This document shows positions 1 through 10,981 of a stretch of 64,000 nucleotides of DNA, in pieces. The notes below the pieces were generated by a model. It was not told the DNA's origin. It ran no database searches and saw only the letters and a program-made list of their open reading frames with translations. The DNA is from Promethearchaeota archaeon (GTDB taxonomy: Archaea > Asgardarchaeota > Lokiarchaeia > Sigyniarchaeales > SOKP01). The stretch's first letter is position 1. Every line of letters begins with the position of its first letter. Location of the stretch: the NCBI GenBank assembly GCA_016840085.1, contig JAEOTA010000086.1:1-64000 (forward strand), read 5' to 3'. The position numbers and the translations under genes were made by a program.

Positions 1-127
<127 letters not shown>

Positions 128-211
128 CAATATTATTTTGAAAAAAGGATTTTTATAGGGAAGATCTTAATAAACTTTCTTCATTTCTTTTTTTTATAAG
201 ATTTTTTATAA

Positions 212-313
212 GGGCCTGTAGATCAGTGGAAGATCGCTTGACACATCACAAGCAATTTGCTTGATGCTAGTATTGCATTCAAGAGGTCACGGGTTCAATT
301 CCCGTCAGGTCCA
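212..313 (+). tRNA. tRNA-Ala(UGC) with 30-nt intron at 32/33 (about 243-272)
   Basis: Acceptor GGGCCTG/CAGGTCC with G3:U70, anticodon stem CTTGA/TCAAG, spliced loop CT-TGC-AT, T loop TTCAATT; BHB-like with outer helix CATCA/TGATG. Confidence 0.93.
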
Positions 314-484
314 TATCAATATATTAAAATTTTTTAACCTAATCAGAGAAGCAATAACTTTCAGTTTATAAATAGTTTTAACCCTACAAAATAAAAAAAA
401 AATTTTATCAATATTTAATAATCTTGCTTGAATTTCTACTAAATGAGAAATTTTTTAATGCTTAATTAAATTTTGATAATTAGT

Positions 485-640
485 ATGAGATTAAATTATT
501 TTCTTATTTTAATTGTTCTTTCTCTGTTCCAGACTACATCAGAAGAGATTGAAATGTTTAACTTTATTTTAATATTCTTAGGAATTATTTTGTTAATTGT
601 AATTTTAATCTATATATTATTAACGTCAAAGCAAGAATAA
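485..640 (+). CDS. small membrane protein, 51 aa (not in ORF track)
   Basis: ATG..TAA; MRLNYFLILIVLSLFQTTSEEIEMFNFILIFLGIILLIVILIYILLTSKQE, two hydrophobic segments. Confidence 0.5.
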   Translation: MRLNYFLILIVLSLFQTTSEEIEMFNFILIFLGIILLIVILIYILLTSKQE

Positions 641-648
641 AACTATCC

Positions 649-1866
649 TTATTTCTTTTTTGCGGTTGTTATTTTAATGATATCTTTATGTTTTAATTCA
701 TAATTCTCTCCTAAACGTTTTTTCGTCTTAGCATCAATTCCAAACATAAAGTTTTCAGCTAATTCACTATGAATCTTATCCCTAACAAAATCTCTTAGTA
801 AAGTTCCTTTTTCTACAAGGAAAACATCAGGTAAGACATTACCCCTATTATCTGAATACGCATTTATATCAGAAACGGGATAAACACATATATGATTAGT
901 AATATCAAATGAAGCATAATTTAGGGCTTTTTGAATCCCTGTACCATTATAAGGCAATAAAATTTTTTCCTTTATTTTCTTTAGCATATCTAATTCATTT
1001 TTTTCTATTTTCTGTTGTTCATTTATTTTAAAATCTGTAGTACCTGGAATGTAATTAATAATCTTTCTTTCGTGAAATTGTCTTAAAAAGTGTTCAGCTA
1101 AAGCACTGCACGGAATAATTGGTCCATTATATTTCTTTTTTAATTCCTCAAAGTTGTCTTCACTACTTTCTTTATCAATTTTATTTGCTATTATTAAAAT
1201 TGGTTTTGAAATTTCACGTAATGTTTTAGAAAAAGTTAGTATATCTTGATCTGACCAAGCTGATGGATTTTTACTATCTAAGTTTGAATTTTTTAAGGAC
1301 AATATTATTTGTTTTTTGTTAATTTTCATACCTGAAATCCTGTCATATAAAGCATCGACAACTTTTCTTTTCTCTGTTAATATCCCTTTTGTGAATTTAC
1401 TCCAATCTTCTCTTTCAATAATATCCTTAAACCACAAATTAATTTCATTTTCTAGAAATAAAATATCCTCATAGGGGTCATTTTTTCCCATTGCAATAAT
1501 ATTTCCAGATTTATCAAGTGATCCAGAAATATCAACAATATGCAAAAGCACATCAGCTTTAATTAAATCATTTAAAAACTTGTTCCCCAAACCTTTCCCC
1601 TTATGAGCATCTGGAACTAAACCAGCAACATCTAACAAATTTATGGGTATAAAACGAAATCCGTCTATGCATATAGAGTTTCTTGGGTTATCTTTAACAT
1701 TTAATGCTTTACAAACACAATTAGATTTTATATAAGCGACTCCTTTATTAGGATCAATTGTAGTAAAAGGCAGTTCGCTAACCTTAGCACTTGTTAAACA
1801 CGAAGCATTTAAAAAAGTTGTCTTTCCACTGCTGGGTTTTCCAACAATTCCAATAACTAATGTCAT
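649..1866 (-). CDS. ychF: Obg/YchF-family P-loop NTPase with C-terminal TGS domain
   Basis: GKPSSGKTT, PFTTIDPN, DVAGLV, NKID, GLGNKFL motifs. Confidence 0.9.
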   Translation of the reverse strand: MTLVIGIVGKPSSGKTTFLNASCLTSAKVSELPFTTIDPNKGVAYIKSNCVCKALNVKDNPRNSICIDGFRFIPINLLDVAGLVPDAHKGKGLGNKFLNDLIKADVLLHIVDISGSLDKSGNIIAMGKNDPYEDILFLENEINLWFKDIIEREDWSKFTKGILTEKRKVVDALYDRISGMKINKKQIILSLKNSNLDSKNPSAWSDQDILTFSKTLREISKPILIIANKIDKESSEDNFEELKKKYNGPIIPCSALAEHFLRQFHERKIINYIPGTTDFKINEQQKIEKNELDMLKKIKEKILLPYNGTGIQKALNYASFDITNHICVYPVSDINAYSDNRGNVLPDVFLVEKGTLLRDFVRDKIHSELAENFMFGIDAKTKKRLGENYELKHKDIIKITTAKKK

Positions 1867-1895
1867 CTCTATATTTAATTTTGATCTCCTAAAAT

Positions 1896-3668
1896 TTAAT
1901 CTTTTTTCTTTTCCAATTTATGGAGTTTATTAATGTAGGTTTTTAGATTTTCATAAGCTCTTTGTTCTAAATTAAAATTATTTTCTTGTTCTGTTATTCT
2001 ATTTAATAGACTTTGATTTGGAAGAGAAGAATTATTATCCTTTTTCTTAACTGAATTTATACGTGATGAAAACTTGTCCTTAATTTTTTTTTTTATAAAT
2101 TTACTGAAGCAATTTAATGTTCTCTTAATATTAAATTTTGAATTTGATTCAGATTTATTATTTTTCTTTTTTTGTAATACCTTTTTATTGTTATTATATA
2201 TTTCGGTAATAGACAATGATTCATGCTTAATATGTGGAATTTTTAATAAAAAAGGTTCCTTAATTGAATTAATTCTAATAATACATTGCCCCTCTTCTAA
2301 AACTGAAAGATAATTTTTATGTTCATTATCAAGATTTAATAATTCACACATGATCTCTTTTTCAATATGATTTTTAAAAGTTAACACAATTCCATTGTTA
2401 GCTAAAATATCCTTACTTATATCTGGACGAGTAGCGAGAGTAATTAAACATTCACCTGTACCTCTCTGCAATAAAGCAATATCCTCTAAATAAGTGGTTA
2501 ATTTGCTCTTTTTCCTCAAATCTTGAGGCGCAAAATATTGAGCATCCTCAATTATAGTAAGGTGGTTAATACCCTTAAAATTGTTAGGGTCTTTAGTTAG
2601 ATTTTGATCCCATAAATATTTTAGGATCATATTTAAGAAGAAAAAGGCATCCTCTTTTTCTCCCCCTAATCTGATAATTGAGCTTAAATCCAATATAATG
2701 TTTTTTTTAAATATCTCTATTATGTCGATTTTGGTGTTTATCCTAAATAGGACTTTTAATGGACCTTTTGAGAATCTCCTGATTCGATTTTTAATACTTA
2801 TTAGCGTTTGATTCAACATTGGAATTTCATCTTTATTTTCATGAAGATACTCTTCACAGATATGTGCAAATCCATTCCAACTTTGAAATTGCTTATTTCT
2901 ACACACTAAAGTTAATATATCAACCAAGACTTTTTCCATCTGGGGGCTAAACTCACTTGTCTCGTCTAAAAACTTCCCACTCTTTAAGATATCAAAAATT
3001 CTCTCAGCATGAATGATAGGATTAGTTCCTTTAGGATCAAATATATTGATTGAAAAATTCTCACCTGGCCAAAAAATCAATACATCATCAATTCTTTTCT
3101 GTAAAAAGTGATATTCTCCTTTAAATTCGACTAAAAAAAATGGGATTTTAAAGATCTTCTTAAAATTTATTAAAAAGTTCTGGAGAAAATTGCTTTTACC
3201 CGTACCTGTTGCTCCACAAATGAACATATGCTTTTCTAAATCCGTTATCGATAATTTAAATCGCTGTTTAATAGCTCTCCCTTTTAAAATTCTACCTATA
3301 AAAATATTACCTCTTTTAGAATTCACATGTGAAGGCCCTTCAAGGTTTATTATACATTCATCATTTTGAAAAAAAGTTATTATATAGATAATGAGTGAGC
3401 TCAAATAGAATAAATTTGAAAAATTATAAATAACCGTAGGAATAAGAACTTCATTATTGATATCCAAAAACAGATATGAATCATTAGAAATAAAAAAGGG
3501 TAAATTTAATATGAGAAATATTGTAGAAATTACAAAAATAAAATAAATCAACATTCTTGTTTTAATCAATTTATATCCTTTTTTCTTGCATATATAGAAA
3601 AGGATATTAACAAGAAACGATAAAAAGCTACACCCTAAGAAAATTAAAAAGAACTTCATTATACTCAA
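1896..3668 (-). CDS. membrane-anchored HerA/FtsK/VirB4-like ATPase
   Basis: Three N-terminal TM helices, HMFICGATGTGKS Walker A, IIEDAQ Walker B, ATRP motif. Confidence 0.8.
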   Translation of the reverse strand: MSIMKFFLIFLGCSFLSFLVNILFYICKKKGYKLIKTRMLIYFIFVISTIFLILNLPFFISNDSYLFLDINNEVLIPTVIYNFSNLFYLSSLIIYIITFFQNDECIINLEGPSHVNSKRGNIFIGRILKGRAIKQRFKLSITDLEKHMFICGATGTGKSNFLQNFLINFKKIFKIPFFLVEFKGEYHFLQKRIDDVLIFWPGENFSINIFDPKGTNPIIHAERIFDILKSGKFLDETSEFSPQMEKVLVDILTLVCRNKQFQSWNGFAHICEEYLHENKDEIPMLNQTLISIKNRIRRFSKGPLKVLFRINTKIDIIEIFKKNIILDLSSIIRLGGEKEDAFFFLNMILKYLWDQNLTKDPNNFKGINHLTIIEDAQYFAPQDLRKKSKLTTYLEDIALLQRGTGECLITLATRPDISKDILANNGIVLTFKNHIEKEIMCELLNLDNEHKNYLSVLEEGQCIIRINSIKEPFLLKIPHIKHESLSITEIYNNNKKVLQKKKNNKSESNSKFNIKRTLNCFSKFIKKKIKDKFSSRINSVKKKDNNSSLPNQSLLNRITEQENNFNLEQRAYENLKTYINKLHKLEKKKD

Positions 3669-4044
3669 GGTTTTATCTCTTAATTGATTTATAATCTTAA
3701 AAACATCATGATTTTTACTTATTATGTAAATTCCTAATCTGGAAAAGGTATTGATTTGGTGTCTATCTTCTTTGTCTAAGAGTTATTGTGCAATAGTCTA
3801 ACCAAATACATTTTTCTACTTTCATCGTCATCTTAATCAAGTATATCTAATTTAAAATTAAGTTTATGTCAAAACTTTGGTAAATAATTAATGTTAAAAT
3901 AAAACCATCTGAATTTTTTGGCGGTTTTTCCCTTCCATAATGGTGTACACTTCGAACTGTAGTAATTCTTTCCTTTCATTTTACTTAGAGAGATTTACAA
4001 TTTATTCTTCCATGTTGAGTTAAAAAGATATGAGTTAGTTAATT

Positions 4045-4914
4045 TTAACGATTTTTTTTAAAAAGTCTCACAAGGAATAAAGGATTAGCGTTACTATTTT
4101 CATTCTCAATTAAAGAGGGTTTGAATCCTATTTTTCTGCATAAATTAAAAAAGTAAGGAAGATTCAAACAAACCCATCTGAATGGAGCGCTGAAACATCC
4201 CTTATATTCAAAAGTGAAAACAATATGCCAATATTTTAAAGTTTGGACATGTTCCATTACGGTTAGTATTTGTCCTCCTTTGTTAAGCATTGCATACATT
4301 TTCTTAAGAAATCTTTTCAAACCATAGATACTACCAGCAATTCCTAGATCACACTCTATTAATGTAATTGTATCAAATTTTTTCTCCCATTTCACTCTAA
4401 AAATATCTCCCACATAACAATTTGATATATCTTGTTCATGAGCAATATTCACAATGTCTTTTGAGATGTCTATACCAAATACATTTCCTCTCTTACTGAG
4501 TTCTTTCATATAATATCCAGTACTGCATCCAATATCTAAGATCTCTCCATTAGCCAAATTAATTAATTTTTTTTCAACATAATCCAATTCATTGAAGCCT
4601 CTAAAATATCTACTAAGATCAACATTAAATTTGATTCCGTTGAACCGTATTTGTTTTACTCCTTCTACTTCTGATTTAAAATTACTGAACAATGGAAACA
4701 AACAATTTTGATGAATGTATAATTTTACTTCGTTATTTCCTTTCCAATAATCATATATCGCTTTAGCAAGAAGATTCATAGATCTTTCTTTAGGGCGATT
4801 CACAAAAAATTGCAAAAAGCGAAAGATGAAATTTATTAGATTAATTCGTTTCGAGAATTGCCTTAAGTATTTGTGTAGAGTATTGTAATATATATGCAAT
4901 TTGGAAACTCGCAT
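4045..4914 (-). CDS. class I SAM-dependent methyltransferase (true start probably ATG at 4779, MNLLAKAI)
   Basis: ILDIGCSTG, GIDIS, GDIF, FDTI motifs. Confidence 0.85.
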   Translation of the reverse strand: MRVSKLHIYYNTLHKYLRQFSKRINLINFIFRFLQFFVNRPKERSMNLLAKAIYDYWKGNNEVKLYIHQNCLFPLFSNFKSEVEGVKQIRFNGIKFNVDLSRYFRGFNELDYVEKKLINLANGEILDIGCSTGYYMKELSKRGNVFGIDISKDIVNIAHEQDISNCYVGDIFRVKWEKKFDTITLIECDLGIAGSIYGLKRFLKKMYAMLNKGGQILTVMEHVQTLKYWHIVFTFEYKGCFSAPFRWVCLNLPYFFNLCRKIGFKPSLIENENSNANPLFLVRLFKKNR

Positions 4915-5243
4915 TTTTATTATTATTATTTAAATGTTTTTGTTAGTATTATCTAGAAGCAGTTATTTAAACTTCCAACAAGAAAAAATTTATTATGAAA
5001 ATATGTATATCTTTTATAAGATTAGTTTTAACATAAAGAAAATAAAAAAAGAAAGAAATAGGATATGCTCTTTTGAAGAACATATGAGTTAAGGGATTCC
5101 CCCATCACCATTGCGGAACATATAATTTTTTCTGTATATACTTATATAAAGTCCCCAAAAAATAAAAAAAACTCCTAAGTATAATTGAAAATTATACAAA
5201 AAATAAAAATAAAATAATATTTTCAAACAAAATTAATATAGTA

Positions 5244-8200
5244 ATGATAAATAAGCCTGATTTCAATCTTATAGGAAATATTTCAGAGGAAGATCTCCAA
5301 AAGAATTTGGAGGAAATAGTTGAAATTCTTTTTAACAATATCAAAGATTATTTAGATTTGGAACCATGTATTAAAAATTTTAAAATACAAATTATAAAAA
5401 GTAAATACATAAAAGATGAAGAAGAGGAGGGAATTTTCAATATTGGAGTTGATAGATCCACTCAAAATGATATTTTAATAATCTTAATATATGAAGAATA
5501 TACAAAATTCTTACCGTTCATTTTACTTAGAGAAATTTATAACTTATTTATCCCAATTGAGTTAAAACATTATGAATCAGTACAATTAGTAATCAATCAG
5601 ATATTAATGAGTGATCTTTCCAAACAAAAAATTATAAATCAATGGAGATCGCTTATTAGAGAAAATCTTGAACAAAATGACTCTTTATCCTTAGGATTTG
5701 ATCGGTTGAGTGATTTTGATCGTTTAGATTATTTCTTTAAAATTCAAGAAAGCAGAAAATCATACACTGCGACTCAATTTTTCTTTAAATACCTAAGAGA
5801 ACGTGCTTCTTTAATTAAAGATAGATCAGAGGATATTCACAATTTGTTTTATGATGAATTTTGGGAATATATATTGAAATCAATGATTAATGATGAACTC
5901 ACTGAAACAATTCGATGTCTTATAGATATATTTTATAATGTAAAGCATTATCGGAACCTTCTTAGTTATAAGAGATACTTTCAAGAATTTAAAGAAAAAG
6001 GTAAGCTATTAACAGATTTAAGTCTTAGAAAGTTTATAAAAAATATGGATTGGGTTAAAAACGAGAGTTACATAGCACCTTCTTATCAAATAAATCGTAA
6101 AACCTTTAATGTACATGTATTAATTGTATTTATGAAATTCAATCCCATATTGAATAAATCAAAAATCTACAAGATAATGGAACATTTTCCCTTTTTCACT
6201 ACGGTAAAAATTGCATCTAATACATTCGCTTTAGAACTTTCAGGTTTTATTATTATTCCTAATATATATTTTGAGGATTTTAAAAGATTTATTAAAAGAC
6301 TAAAACACAATGGATTCATCATTAAAATTCTATATTTGAATTATAATTTTCATAGTTATAGTTTAAACCTTAATTATTTTAGAACATATTCACAGAAGCA
6401 AAGATTATTAAATCCTAATCATCGCCAATATGACAAGAAATATGAAATTGGATTTAATATGAATTATGGGGATAATTTGTATCAAACAGATCTATCTCCT
6501 CTTGATTTTCTCATACTTGATAGAATACAAAATTTCTCAGCAAGTGGATTAGGATTTGAAAGAAGAGAAGAAACATTACACATTTTAAAGTCTGATTTAC
6601 TTAATACTATTATAACGCATCGCTCCATTATTAAAAACCTGAAAAACACATTGAAATTATTTCATTCATCAATAGCATTAAAAAATGAGTTATTACAATT
6701 AATAGAAGAGAATAAAAATTTCGGATTCTTTTCTATCAAATCAATACTTGAGGATATTTTAAAAATAATGAATATTTTGAACAACAAATATTCAAATTAT
6801 TTAGAGAAATCTAATTTCTCTCAACTTCAAGATCTAATAAATAATCGAAAAATCTCTAACTTAATTGAAGAAAATAATCTTTTAAAAAATAAATCGATAA
6901 AAAAGTTTGTTTATAAAGAACTTATTCCTTTATTCATGAAATCTAAAAGAAAAATTTACGAAATTCGTGAAAAATTTAGGAAGTTTTATGAAATCTTTAA
7001 TTCTTGTTATAACTTGAAATTGTTTGACTTAAATGCAATACAAGAAATTGTAAAGGATGAGTGTTTAGTAGATACAATTTATGAAAAAAAAGATGAAAAA
7101 TTTAAAAAAATTTATAAAAAATATAAACTCTACAAGATTACCAGTCAAGAAATTGATGAAATATTTGAAAGGTTCTTAAATCATCAACCTCCGATTATTC
7201 AACCAAATCTTATTAATACAATCGACACCAGCATATTTCGAAAAGATTTTTTTGAACTACTCTTGGATGACAGTGAAGAAAACCGTAAATTTCTAGAAGA
7301 ATTAATAATTTTTTTTCCTAAAGTGTTAATAGTGCATTCCAAAGACATTATTTCAAATAAAAAAATTCTTTATATAGAATTTTTCATTCCAGATTTGATA
7401 ATTAAAGAAAAAAAAGATCTTTATTCAACATTCTATAATTATTTTAATAAAAATATTATATTTGGGAAAAATTACATATGGAGCGGTTATACAACAGCAC
7501 TATCTAGCAAGAATTTTTATGATTTTGGTATAAATCAATTTTTTTATACAAAAGATCTTTTTGAGCAATTTTTTTTATATGTACAAAATGTTTTTGGTAA
7601 ACAATTTGATGTACTTCAAGAAAAGGGATATAAACAAAAAGAAAAATTTTGGGCTCATGAAAGAAATCTGTTGAATCTTGTTAAAAAGGCAAATATTCGT
7701 ATTTCAAGAGAAAATAAAGATTTCACCATAACTCCACTTAATAAATTACTAGACTTTCATTTAAGACTTGAAAAATCTTTATTAGATACAAAAGAATTTT
7801 CAGGAATTAAACGAGAATATTATTTTAAAAATTATATCAAATCGATAAAATTTATACCTGCATTTCAGAGATTGGGATTTGGTCAATACTTCTTTTATCT
7901 TTATTCAACTGATATGAATAAACTTGATTTTAAACTTCTCTTAATGAACACTTTTCAAAAAGTAAAATTCGATGCTTGTATTGATGATTCAAATTCTCTT
8001 TTTATAAATTATGTTATGCCCTATAATAAACCCAATCTTAAATATCTGAATTGGTTAACAAAATCAAAAAAAGTTATCCGTGAATACTGTGTATTTTTCA
8101 TTAAGAAAGTTTATCAGATTTGTCATTTTAATTATAATCTTAGCCTGGAAGGTTGGGAATATGATAAAAATAGATTTAAAAAATACATGCAAAATATACT

Positions 8201-8891
8201 TTTTAATCCTAATTATAATATTCAAATCCCCAAAATTAAAGAATTCAATTTATCGAGTAAACCAGTTTCTTCCTATTTTGGACCAGAATCTCCTGAATAC
8301 AAATCATTAACGCAAATATACAACTGGAAGTCAATTGACATAAAGTCATATCTAGCAACAACAAAATATTCAATTGTAAATCATATTACAAGCTTAATGA
8401 AGCAAAACTTAATCTTTCCATATTTATCTTTAAAGAACTTGGATCTTCATAACAAAATACACATAATTTTGCCAAATGTAAAACCAGATTTAAATAAAAC
8501 TCTTATAAAAATCTTTAGCTTTTTTAATTATGGATTTGTTTATGAAATTGAGGGTGAATATTTTATTTATGGCTTTCCTGAAGAAGTCAAGTTCGAAAAT
8601 GGATTGATGATTAAACTCTACTTGCCAAAATTTGAGCTTCATGAATTTATGCGGTTATTCGATTTATTATTTGAATATTTAGAGATTAAAGATTACTTAA
8701 TTTTAAATGATTTAATTGATGGTTATCAACTAGTAAAGTCAATTTATGGCAGTTTAGACTTTTTGAAAGAGTATAACCCTTTAAAGAATCTCATATGGAA
8801 TTCTAAAGATAAGCAATGGATGAATCATAAACTTTTTACTCAAAAATTTGAACCAATATATCCAGATTTATTGCCTAAGGAAGAATCTTAA
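5244..8891 (+). CDS. large hypothetical protein, 1215 aa, possibly with repeated Lrp/AsnC-like modules
   Basis: Long uninterrupted ORF; recurring segments such as IAPSYQIN, KFIPAFQRLGFGQYFFYL and IFPYLSLKNLDL resemble Lrp linkers; function unassigned. Confidence 0.6.
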   Translation: MINKPDFNLIGNISEEDLQKNLEEIVEILFNNIKDYLDLEPCIKNFKIQIIKSKYIKDEEEEGIFNIGVDRSTQNDILIILIYEEYTKFLPFILLREIYNLFIPIELKHYESVQLVINQILMSDLSKQKIINQWRSLIRENLEQNDSLSLGFDRLSDFDRLDYFFKIQESRKSYTATQFFFKYLRERASLIKDRSEDIHNLFYDEFWEYILKSMINDELTETIRCLIDIFYNVKHYRNLLSYKRYFQEFKEKGKLLTDLSLRKFIKNMDWVKNESYIAPSYQINRKTFNVHVLIVFMKFNPILNKSKIYKIMEHFPFFTTVKIASNTFALELSGFIIIPNIYFEDFKRFIKRLKHNGFIIKILYLNYNFHSYSLNLNYFRTYSQKQRLLNPNHRQYDKKYEIGFNMNYGDNLYQTDLSPLDFLILDRIQNFSASGLGFERREETLHILKSDLLNTIITHRSIIKNLKNTLKLFHSSIALKNELLQLIEENKNFGFFSIKSILEDILKIMNILNNKYSNYLEKSNFSQLQDLINNRKISNLIEENNLLKNKSIKKFVYKELIPLFMKSKRKIYEIREKFRKFYEIFNSCYNLKLFDLNAIQEIVKDECLVDTIYEKKDEKFKKIYKKYKLYKITSQEIDEIFERFLNHQPPIIQPNLINTIDTSIFRKDFFELLLDDSEENRKFLEELIIFFPKVLIVHSKDIISNKKILYIEFFIPDLIIKEKKDLYSTFYNYFNKNIIFGKNYIWSGYTTALSSKNFYDFGINQFFYTKDLFEQFFLYVQNVFGKQFDVLQEKGYKQKEKFWAHERNLLNLVKKANIRISRENKDFTITPLNKLLDFHLRLEKSLLDTKEFSGIKREYYFKNYIKSIKFIPAFQRLGFGQYFFYLYSTDMNKLDFKLLLMNTFQKVKFDACIDDSNSLFINYVMPYNKPNLKYLNWLTKSKKVIREYCVFFIKKVYQICHFNYNLSLEGWEYDKNRFKKYMQNILFNPNYNIQIPKIKEFNLSSKPVSSYFGPESPEYKSLTQIYNWKSIDIKSYLATTKYSIVNHITSLMKQNLIFPYLSLKNLDLHNKIHIILPNVKPDLNKTLIKIFSFFNYGFVYEIEGEYFIYGFPEEVKFENGLMIKLYLPKFELHEFMRLFDLLFEYLEIKDYLILNDLIDGYQLVKSIYGSLDFLKEYNPLKNLIWNSKDKQWMNHKLFTQKFEPIYPDLLPKEES

Positions 8892-9073
8892 AGTAATTTT
8901 AAATCTGGAATATTTAATTGGTTAAATACTTCAAATATTCACTTAAGAGGTCAATTTTACGTTTAAGTAAAATAATTAGAATCCTATTACTCAAAGTTTT
9001 TTTTGTTCTATTATTACGGAAATTAAATTTTATTGTAGTTTTTTAAATTCTAACCAAAATAGTTTATATTGAT

Positions 9074-9583
9074 ATGAAAAGAACAGTAAAAATCATTGTC
9101 TCTGGAGATGGAGGAGTGGGTAAAACCTCATTTCTTAATCGATTAATCCATGATAAATTCGATGTGAATAGTGAATTGACGAAAGGAGTTGATTTTTTCT
9201 CAAAAAATATTCAAATAAACGGATGTGAATATAATTTTGTAATGTGGGATTTTGCTGGCCAAAACCAATTTAAACGATTACTTTCTGATTTTGTTGATGG
9301 TTCACTCGCTGCATTTGTATTATTTGATTTATCGAGGTTCAAAACACTTGAAAATGTCGAAGAATGGATAAATAAGTTAAGTAATTATGGAAATATTCCA
9401 GCATTTATATTAGGCAATAAAAGTGATCAAATTAATCCTGATAACCATAAATATTATGATTATTATGTGTTAGAATTAACAAAAAAATATAATAATATTA
9501 TTGGTTATCTGAGGATCTCATCGAAGACAGGATATAATGTTAAAAAAGCGTTTGATGAGTTTATAGAGAAACTCTCAAATTAA
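9074..9583 (+). CDS. Rab-like small GTPase
   Basis: GDGGVGKTS, TKGVDF, WDFAGQ, NKSD, SSK (G1-G5). Confidence 0.93.
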   Translation: MKRTVKIIVSGDGGVGKTSFLNRLIHDKFDVNSELTKGVDFFSKNIQINGCEYNFVMWDFAGQNQFKRLLSDFVDGSLAAFVLFDLSRFKTLENVEEWINKLSNYGNIPAFILGNKSDQINPDNHKYYDYYVLELTKKYNNIIGYLRISSKTGYNVKKAFDEFIEKLSN

Positions 9584-9609
9584 TGTTGGGATGAAAATAT
9601 TAATTATTT

Positions 9610-10638
9610 TCAAACTTTAACAATCCATCCAAATTCATCTTTAATATCTAAACGTTGAATACTCGTTAAAATTTCATACATTTTCTTTGTTGTCTCTCCA
9701 GGTTCTCTTTTATTGAACACTCTTTGTTTTCCTTCTAAAGTAACTGAAGCAATAGGCGTTATAACAGCTGCAGTTCCTGTACAAAAAGCTTCAGTGCAGC
9801 TATCCTCAAATAATTCTTCATATGAGATATCTCTTTCTTCAATTTCTAAGCCAAGTTTTTTTGAAGCAAGTACTAAAATGGATTCTCTTGTTATTCCTTC
9901 GAGAATTGTTCCAGTTTTTCTTGGAGTTGCGAGTTTATTATTTATTATTCCAAAAAAATTTGCAGTTCCAACTTCTTCGATAAATTCCATCATAACAGCA
10001 TCCAAATATAAAATCTGGGCATATCCTCGCTCTTTTGTCTCTTTTGCAGGTAACATTGTACCAGCATAATTACATATTGTTTTAGCTGACCCAGTTCCTC
10101 CTGGGGCTGCTCTTGTATACCTTTTTGAAATTTCTAAATCAATTCCCTTAAATCCTTCAGGAAAATAAGGTCCAACGGGTACTGTATATATAATTAATTT
10201 AAATTCATCTGTTGAAGCTACTCCTAAAATTGGACCGTAACCAAATAATATAGGCCGTATATATAGAGCACCCCCACTATCATAAGGAGGAATATAATCT
10301 TCATTAGCTTTAACAACTTTCTTAACAGCATCTAAGAATTTATTTAGACTATACTCTGGCATCAGCATCCTCTTAGCACTGAAATTAAATCTTTTTCCAT
10401 TTTCTTCTGGTCGAAATAACGTAATTTCTCCATTTTTTGCTTTTAAGGCTTTCATTCCTTCAAATATCCCTTGCCCATAATTTAGAACACATGAGGCTGG
10501 TGATATTTCAAAATTACCAAAGGGTACTAATTTACCCTTATCCCATTTACCATCCTTATAATCAGACACAAACATTGTCTTAGTTTCAATAAAATTGAAA
10601 CCTAATGAATAAAAATCAATATCTTTGGGCTTCACCAT
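9610..10638 (-). CDS. ilvE: branched-chain amino acid aminotransferase
   Basis: LNYGQGIFEGMKA, YIRP, KTICNYA, EVGTANFF, ILEGITR, GTAAVITP. Confidence 0.95.
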   Translation of the reverse strand: MVKPKDIDFYSLGFNFIETKTMFVSDYKDGKWDKGKLVPFGNFEISPASCVLNYGQGIFEGMKALKAKNGEITLFRPEENGKRFNFSAKRMLMPEYSLNKFLDAVKKVVKANEDYIPPYDSGGALYIRPILFGYGPILGVASTDEFKLIIYTVPVGPYFPEGFKGIDLEISKRYTRAAPGGTGSAKTICNYAGTMLPAKETKERGYAQILYLDAVMMEFIEEVGTANFFGIINNKLATPRKTGTILEGITRESILVLASKKLGLEIEERDISYEELFEDSCTEAFCTGTAAVITPIASVTLEGKQRVFNKREPGETTKKMYEILTSIQRLDIKDEFGWIVKV

Positions 10639-10981
10639 CGAAAATAACCTTGAATTAAAACTTGTAAAAAAATATATGAACCTTAAATAAAAAACCTTAT
10701 TATAAAAGAAATAATTAAATTAGAAATCAAAGGAGTAGTAATTAGGAATTTTTGAACTCTTTATTTCTTTGTCTTAATATTAAGGTAAAACTTTCTCATA
10801 AATTTTAAAAGGAAATAATATGAAGATATCTTAATTAGTTATTAGCAAAATCACGGAATATCGTTTAAAGTATATAAATAAAATTATAAATTTGTATTTA
10901 TAGTAATAATATAAAAAAGATTTAACTTTTTAGAAAAATTTCATAAATATTTTAATCTAATTTATAAACAGTGAACTTGTA

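Noticed and set aside
5060-5112. GGTGATGG on the minus strand resembling the start of a fluoride riboswitch
   Set aside because: The pairing partner for GGTGA and the 3' GATG..CCTA pseudoknot strand are absent, and no fluoride-related gene is adjacent
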